DNA of 64,000 nt, from the NCBI RefSeq assembly GCF_035084215.1, contig NC_090363.1, forward strand, positions 12,276,001 to 12,340,000, in the 5' to 3' direction. The position numbers and the translations under genes are program-made. The first letter of the stretch is position 1, and every line of letters starts with the position of its first letter. The stretch is from Heptranchias perlo (Eukaryota). Positions 62,430 through 64,000 of the stretch are shown piece by piece. The notes beneath the pieces were generated by a model that was given only the letters and a program-made list of their open reading frames with translations, did no database searches and was not told the origin of the DNA.

Positions 62430-64000
62430 GAAATCAACATAGGAACAAGAGTAAACCATTTAGTCCCTCGACCCTTTCCGCTGTTCAATGAGATCATGGC
62501 TGATCTGTATCCTAACTCCATCCACCCGCCTTGGTTCCTGATCCTTAAACAACCTTGGCTGGCAAAACTTTAATCGATGTAAGATTTATAATTATTAATT
62601 GAAGGAGCATCTGTTGCTTTTTGTGGGAGAGAGTTCCACATTGCTACCACTCTATGTGTGAAGAAATGTTTCCTAATTTCTCACCTCAAAAGCCTGGTTA
62701 TGATTTTACGGTTATGTCCCCTTGTCCGAGACTCCCCAACCAGCGGATTTTTTTCCCCTCCACCGACCCTATCATATCCTTTCCAAATCCAAAAAAAGTC
62801 AATCAAATCACCCGTTAACCTTTTATATTCGTGGGACTACAAGACTGGTTCGTGTATTCTCAGCATATAATCTAACACTTGGAGCCCTGGTAACATTTCT
62901 TCACTCAGAGGGTGGTGAACCTATGGAATTCTCTGCCACAGAAGGCTATGGAGGCCAAGTCACTGAACATATTTAAGAAGGAGCCAGATAGATTTCTAGA
63001 CACAAAAGACATCAAGGGGTATGGGGAGAGAGTGGGAATATGGTGTTGAGATAAAGGATCAGCCATGATCATATTGAATGGCGGAGCAGGCTCAAAAGGG
63101 CGGAATGGCCTATTCCTGCTCCTATTTTCTAAGTTTCCATGTAACATTCTGGTGAATTTGCGCTGCACTCCTTCCAAGGCCAATATATCCTTTCTGAACT
63201 GCAGTGCCCAGAACTGTACACAGTACTCTTGATGTAGTCTAACCAGGGCTTTGGAAAGCTGGAGCAAACCTTCCTCCCCTTTATATTCTAGCCCTCCACT
63301 TATAAAGGCTAACATTCCATTAGTCTTTGTGATTATTTTTTTTTACCTGACTACAACATTTTAGTGATCTGTGTAGATGGACCATTAAATATCGTTGGAC
63401 CTGCACTGATCCTAACTTTTCACCATTTAAAAATACTCGGATCAATCCTTTTTTGGTCCAAAATGGATGACCTCACACTTGTCTGAAATTAAATTTCAAT
63501 AACTTGGCCACAACAAAAGTTAGACTAACAGATTTTTAATTTCCTGGTACTTCTCTCTCGCATCTTTCTTAAATAAAGGTTTTACATTTGCAGTATTCCA
63601 ATCTAAAGACGCAATTCCAGAATCGAGAGAGTTTTGGAAGAGTATGGCTAAAGCATCTGCAATTTCCTCACCGACTTCCTTTAAAATCCAGGCGTGGAAA
63701 CCATCAGGCCCTGAGGATTTGTCAGTCTATACTGCCCTTATTAATCCTAATTTTGTTGTCTTGCTTACATTAACGTCAGTGAGTTTCAGTCCTTGATTCA
63801 TTATTAATTTCCCTGGAATGTCAGATATATTATCCTTTTCCTCTACTGTGAAGATTGACACAAAATAATTATTCAACAAGTCTGCCACTTCCTTATTTTC
63901 ATTTGAAATATTACCAGCGTCTGTTTTGATTACCGTTTTTCTTCTAATATAATCGTAAACACCTTTTGTGTTAATCTTGGTATCCCTCGCAAGTTTCTTT
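62430..64000 (-). mobile_element. Old CR1 fragments with nested CR1 (62898-63140)
   Basis: Duplicate of 31775-33345; TSD GTAACATT at 62890-62897 and 63141-63148. Confidence 0.78.

Larger units (their letters stand above)
35198..64000 (+). repeat. Higher-order tandem segmental duplication, copy 2 (units A'-B'-C', with 4,534-bp deletion; runs off window end)
   Basis: Near-identical to copy 1; the offset drops from 35,188 to 30,654 at 57171/57172. Confidence 0.95.

Overview
This window is vertebrate DNA, and the CR1, L2 and Penelope-type repeat families look like those of a cartilaginous fish (shark/ray; inferred). The whole window is a nested tandem array of a compact two-exon class A GPCR gene of the GPR139/GPR142-like type. 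Three diverged ~10-13 kb units (A, B, C) form a ~35.2 kb block, which is repeated almost identically (A', B', C'; offset 35,197 at the window start). The ORF track misses exon 1, a 70-nt coding exon (e.g. MGRAAVFSESVICYPILAIIGLP followed by a GTAAGT donor) lying ~80 bp downstream of a TATA box. It splices in phase 1 to the long ORF and gives 321-322 aa 7TM proteins. Four copies are intact (A, B, C, B'). A' has a CGA>TGA nonsense change (R65*). C' lost its promoter and start codon in a 4,534-bp deletion. Paralog differences concentrate in the extracellular loops and TM3, which fits a birth-and-death receptor repertoire. Units also carry CR1/L2 relics (some with target-site duplications that order the duplications), an intronic Penelope-type hammerhead-ribozyme remnant, a palindromic MITE-like element, and degenerate 48-, ~49- and ~88-bp tandem repeats. 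Family assignments come from motif recognition only; no searches were run.
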